A stretch of DNA of 49,548 nt from contig JAEOTS010000188.1 of NCBI GenBank assembly GCA_016839745.1, positions 1 through 49,548 on the forward strand, read 5' to 3'. This document shows positions 46,558 to 49,548 of this stretch, one piece after another (within the stretch, counting starts at the first letter, position 1; the number at the start of each line of letters is the position of its first letter). The notes under the pieces were generated by a model. It saw nothing but the letters and a program-made list of their open reading frames with translations. It was not told where the DNA came from and made no database searches. Made by a program: the position numbers and the translations under genes. This stretch comes from Promethearchaeota archaeon (GTDB taxonomy: Archaea; Asgardarchaeota; Lokiarchaeia; Sigyniarchaeales; SOKP01).

Positions 46558-48657
46558 TCATGAATCTTTCTTGTCCTTGTTAAACACCAAGCTCTTTACA
46601 GTAATTGGATATGCTTGTCCTGAGTAAAGAGGCGCACCGATATCAATAAAATCACCCGCTTCCAGAATCAATTCATCGAGGCAGATAAGATTATTCTGAA
46701 TTGATGTTCCACGACGGATGGCGATTCCCAAAACTTTAGCAATATCCATACTAAAGATTAAGATGATTGGTTTTTTCTGAGAAACGGTATGTGGGAGTGA
46801 ACTCTCGATTGCTTTAGCAAGTGTCGATAACAAGTTATCAGTGTGGTCGATAAATTCTTTAAAGTAGAGAGCAACGACATCTTCACTTTCTTTCATGTCG
46901 TAATTTTTGAAAGCTCGATTTATTTCATTCTTAATATTTTCAAAATTAAACTCTCTCCTTTTTACATTTACGGGCAAAACTGGAATATTGTTGAGCGGAA
47001 GGGCAACATCTTCGTCGACGTAGCACGTTGATCCTGATATCGAAAGAGAGAATGCCCCAGCACCAATAACCGTTGCTCTAATCTTGTTTTCAGGTTCGGT
47101 TATTGATAAACCTAGTTCTTTCACTAGAAGATTAATTTCATCCGCCAAATATTTTCCAATGTCTTTGTATTCTTCGTGTGAAATATCTCTATCATAAATC
47201 ATCTCTGCAACTCCACCGGAGAAGGAAAAATCGTCGATTGGGATGGAAAAATCCAAGTCTTCGGTCATCATCAGTTCTTTGGCAATTTTACTTGTTGCTG
47301 GACCTCTCATCACTTCGAGCAAGGCTTTTGCGTATTCCCGAGAGATGGTTTTAACATCTTTCTCAGGGATGATATCTCCTAGTTTATAATTCATGTTCAA
47401 CTCTTTCATGAGGAATGCACTGGGTTCATCTATCCTCCAAATTTTAAATTTTTCGTCAATTCCTAATAATCTCCCTCCTATGTTGATGCAAGAAGTGCTA
47501 TGTACATTTCCCTTCGAACATATCGCAACATTACTGGTACCTCCTCCAACATCAACATTTAATATAGTCCGTTGATTCTTGCGCGATTGTTCAACGATTC
47601 CACTTCCCATGGCTCCAAGAAGGGACTCGAAATTTGGACCTGCAACTGCACTGACGAATTTTCCACCCTCAGAAGATAATCGGTTAATTATCTCCGCAGC
47701 GTTTTGCTTTTTAGCTGTCTCCCCAGTAACTATAACTGCACCCGTATCTACCATCTCGGTTGTAATACCTGCTTTCTTATATTCTTCTTCGCAAAATTTT
47801 ATAATCGCCTCAATATCAATGGTATAACGATCAATTAAAGGCGTGAAAATGATATTACCTTCGTATATGATTTCTCGATTGGCGAGAATAAATCGATTTG
47901 ACATGTTAAAAAAACTTCTCTCTCTTTTTAGAGTAAGATGTGAGAAAACAAGATGAGAGGTGGAAGATCCAATATCAATTCCTACGCTTAATACCTCCAA
48001 GTATTCAACTTTTGCCTCTTTAGAATCTATATGACCCATTAGTAATTCGGCGGATAAGATTTCAATTTCAGGTTCAACTTCTTTACTCTCAATTTCCTCG
48101 CTAGGTACTTCTTCTTGAATCCTTACTATCTTAATTACCATCTCTTTATCACAGTGTTTTGGCAATTCTTTTTTTCCATCATCAGAGTCATCATTTAACA
48201 ATTGCTCTTTTATTTCTGCTGGAATCTCAAAATTTTGGTTACATACCATACAGTGATACATTAAATCCATCGACTTACTGCTCCCAGGCATTACTGGTCC
48301 TTTTTTTTTTGGAGGAAGTTTGTTTTCTTTAACTTGCCTTCGAATTCTATCTAAAGGAACATTGAAAGATGGTATAACAGCATCGCAACACATGTCAAAT
48401 TCCTTACCTGGTTTCAAAATCGTTGATAATGCTGGTTTAAACTCCATGATAAGTCTGTAATACCGAAGAAGATCATAAATATCTTCGTTTTCGTGCTCTT
48501 GAAGTAATTTTTTGTATTGTAGCAAAAATTCATCCCCTAAAGATTCTGCATTTGGGTTCGCATTCACTGCTAGAATTCTTTTTACGTAGAAAACAATAGC
48601 CACCATTTGTGATTCGATGTTAATCTCGATATCTTGTATTCTAATTTTTTTTCTCAT
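46558..48657 (-). CDS. eutA: EutA-family (ethanolamine ammonia-lyase reactivase-like) ATPase with ~220-aa N-terminal extension
   Basis: SVGIDIGSSTSHLVFS, IFTPL, TGAVIVTGETAKKQNA, FVSA.AGPNFES, NVDVGGGTSN, NIGGRL, FSGGV, IRATVIGAG, GDFIDIG.P...VKSLVF. Confidence 0.85.
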   Translation of the reverse strand: MRKKIRIQDIEINIESQMVAIVFYVKRILAVNANPNAESLGDEFLLQYKKLLQEHENEDIYDLLRYYRLIMEFKPALSTILKPGKEFDMCCDAVIPSFNVPLDRIRRQVKENKLPPKKKGPVMPGSSKSMDLMYHCMVCNQNFEIPAEIKEQLLNDDSDDGKKELPKHCDKEMVIKIVRIQEEVPSEEIESKEVEPEIEILSAELLMGHIDSKEAKVEYLEVLSVGIDIGSSTSHLVFSHLTLKRERSFFNMSNRFILANREIIYEGNIIFTPLIDRYTIDIEAIIKFCEEEYKKAGITTEMVDTGAVIVTGETAKKQNAAEIINRLSSEGGKFVSAVAGPNFESLLGAMGSGIVEQSRKNQRTILNVDVGGGTSNVAICSKGNVHSTSCINIGGRLLGIDEKFKIWRIDEPSAFLMKELNMNYKLGDIIPEKDVKTISREYAKALLEVMRGPATSKIAKELMMTEDLDFSIPIDDFSFSGGVAEMIYDRDISHEEYKDIGKYLADEINLLVKELGLSITEPENKIRATVIGAGAFSLSISGSTCYVDEDVALPLNNIPVLPVNVKRREFNFENIKNEINRAFKNYDMKESEDVVALYFKEFIDHTDNLLSTLAKAIESSLPHTVSQKKPIILIFSMDIAKVLGIAIRRGTSIQNNLICLDELILEAGDFIDIGAPLYSGQAYPITVKSLVFNKDKKDS

Positions 48658-49078
48658 TTTTTTATTCCTCTTTCTTTTTCTCCTGTCCTTCCTTCAATAG
48701 TAAGTCCATATTTGAAAGTACATATCCATGTTTTGAGAAAAAAATGAAAAATATTTAAAATCTTTAACGATTATAGGAAAAAAACACGGCAGAAAAGGAA
48801 TTTAAAGTCAATATATTCATCGTGAAACGATGATTTTACGATCTTTTTAATTATTACTTTTAAGACTATAGCAGAATTTTGATCTAGTTATAGTTTTATT
48901 TCTGATTTATTAAATTTTTAGACGGTCAGTCTTATAAACTATTTTTTCCCTTACTATTTTATATTTATTAAAAAATTGGTAAATTTTTAATAAAAAAACG
49001 CAACAGAAGTTTAAGAGTATTATAATTGGGCTTTTATTTATAAATACAAATTGGTTTATCTTTTATTTGAAGAAGCGC

Positions 49079-49128
49079 CCATTTTTCCATATTTCCATTT
49101 CCATATTTCCATTTCCATTTCCATTTTT
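49079..49128. repeat. Short imperfect tandem repeat, 7 units of CCAT followed by TT, ATTT or TTTT
   Basis: ccattttt ccatattt ccattt ccatattt ccattt ccattt ccattttt. Confidence 0.75.
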
Positions 49129-49256
49129 TAATCACTTTCTCAAAATAATAATTACGGGCGTTTTTTCTCATTTTCTTTCAAATTGCAGTTATATTAAATA
49201 ACTAATCTTATATTTTTTATTGCATTATTGAGCGTTACTGAGAATAATACTATACA

Positions 49257-49548
49257 ATGACGAAGAACTTTAAAATAACTTATAAAGAATTTAAGACAGC
49301 CTTAAACAAGCTAAAGTACCCCGATTCTTGGTTTTGGTGCAGATATACTATAAATCCTTACTCTGGATGTGCTCATACTTGTATATACTGTGATGCTAGA
49401 AGCGAACGGTACTATTTAAGTCAGGATTTTGAAACTGAAGTAATCGTAAAATCAAATATTGATAAAAATCTTGATCAAAGACTTAAGAGGTCCCGTACGC
49501 TACTACCCGATGTAATAGGTCCGGGTGGTGTTTGCGACGCTTACCAAC
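49257..49548 (+). CDS. Radical SAM protein (SplB/Rv2578c-like), 3'-truncated by window edge
   Basis: MTKNFK...YTINPYSGCAHTCIYCDARS...VKSN...CDAYQ; CxxxCxxC. Confidence 0.85.
   Translation, partial: MTKNFKITYKEFKTALNKLKYPDSWFWCRYTINPYSGCAHTCIYCDARSERYYLSQDFETEVIVKSNIDKNLDQRLKRSRTLLPDVIGPGGVCDAYQ

Noticed and set aside
6680-47827. Short ORF-track frames overlapping real genes (e.g. 6680, 8016, 9740, 10696, 11853, 18120, 18780, 22528, 24260, 26618, 28195, 30549, 34206, 36628, 41467, 45491, 47579)
   Set aside because: Antisense or alternate-frame shadows of well-supported genes with no motifs; 24260-24472 is antisense to the TFB zinc ribbon.
48662-48754. Minus-strand coding-like fragment KHGYVLSNMDLLLKEGQEKKKEE upstream of eutA
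   Set aside because: Only ~30 codons between stops and no recognisable family; may be a gene relic but cannot be supported.
49079-49128. CRISPR array (ATGGAAAT resembles repeat 3' ends)
   Set aside because: Units are 6-8 nt with no spacers and no cas genes.
1-49548. Selenocysteine/pyrrolysine readthrough or programmed frameshifts
   Set aside because: Recognised genes are full length with no in-frame TGA/TAG or split domains; apparent truncations were all explained by upstream non-AUG starts.

Overview
AT-rich archaeal chromosomal segment, most consistent with Asgard archaea (Lokiarchaeota-like). This is inferred from eS26, eL31, eL39, LX, aIF6, TFB-Gar1, archaeal DnaG, archaeosine ArcS/RaSEA, roadblock proteins, a Get3-like ATPase, a Wood-Ljungdahl CFeSP large subunit and large orphan proteins. 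It is mostly core housekeeping DNA: the S19e-PDCD5-L39e-L31e//aIF6-LX-prefoldin-FtsY-SecE cluster, tRNA-Gly(TCC), Nep1, Rpp21, TrmY, AhcY and an ECF Co/Ni transporter. An accessory-looking block follows the tRNA. No transposase, integrase or CRISPR array was seen. Two signals are not explained by the ORF track. (1) Repeated non-canonical initiation: eS26, TFB and MobB have no ATG/GTG/TTG ahead of their conserved N-termini and appear to start at ATT, while CbiO (ATT) and a BRCT protein (ATA) probably do likewise; four of the five sit 6 nt after a Shine-Dalgarno-like motif. (2) A ~305-nt structured intergenic element (22009-22315) closed by a box C/box D kink-turn, a candidate unusually large box C/D RNA. 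Other oddities are a PIN-TPR fusion, an orphan EutA with a metal-binding N-terminal extension, a 1206-aa orphan and an acidic extension on eL31.
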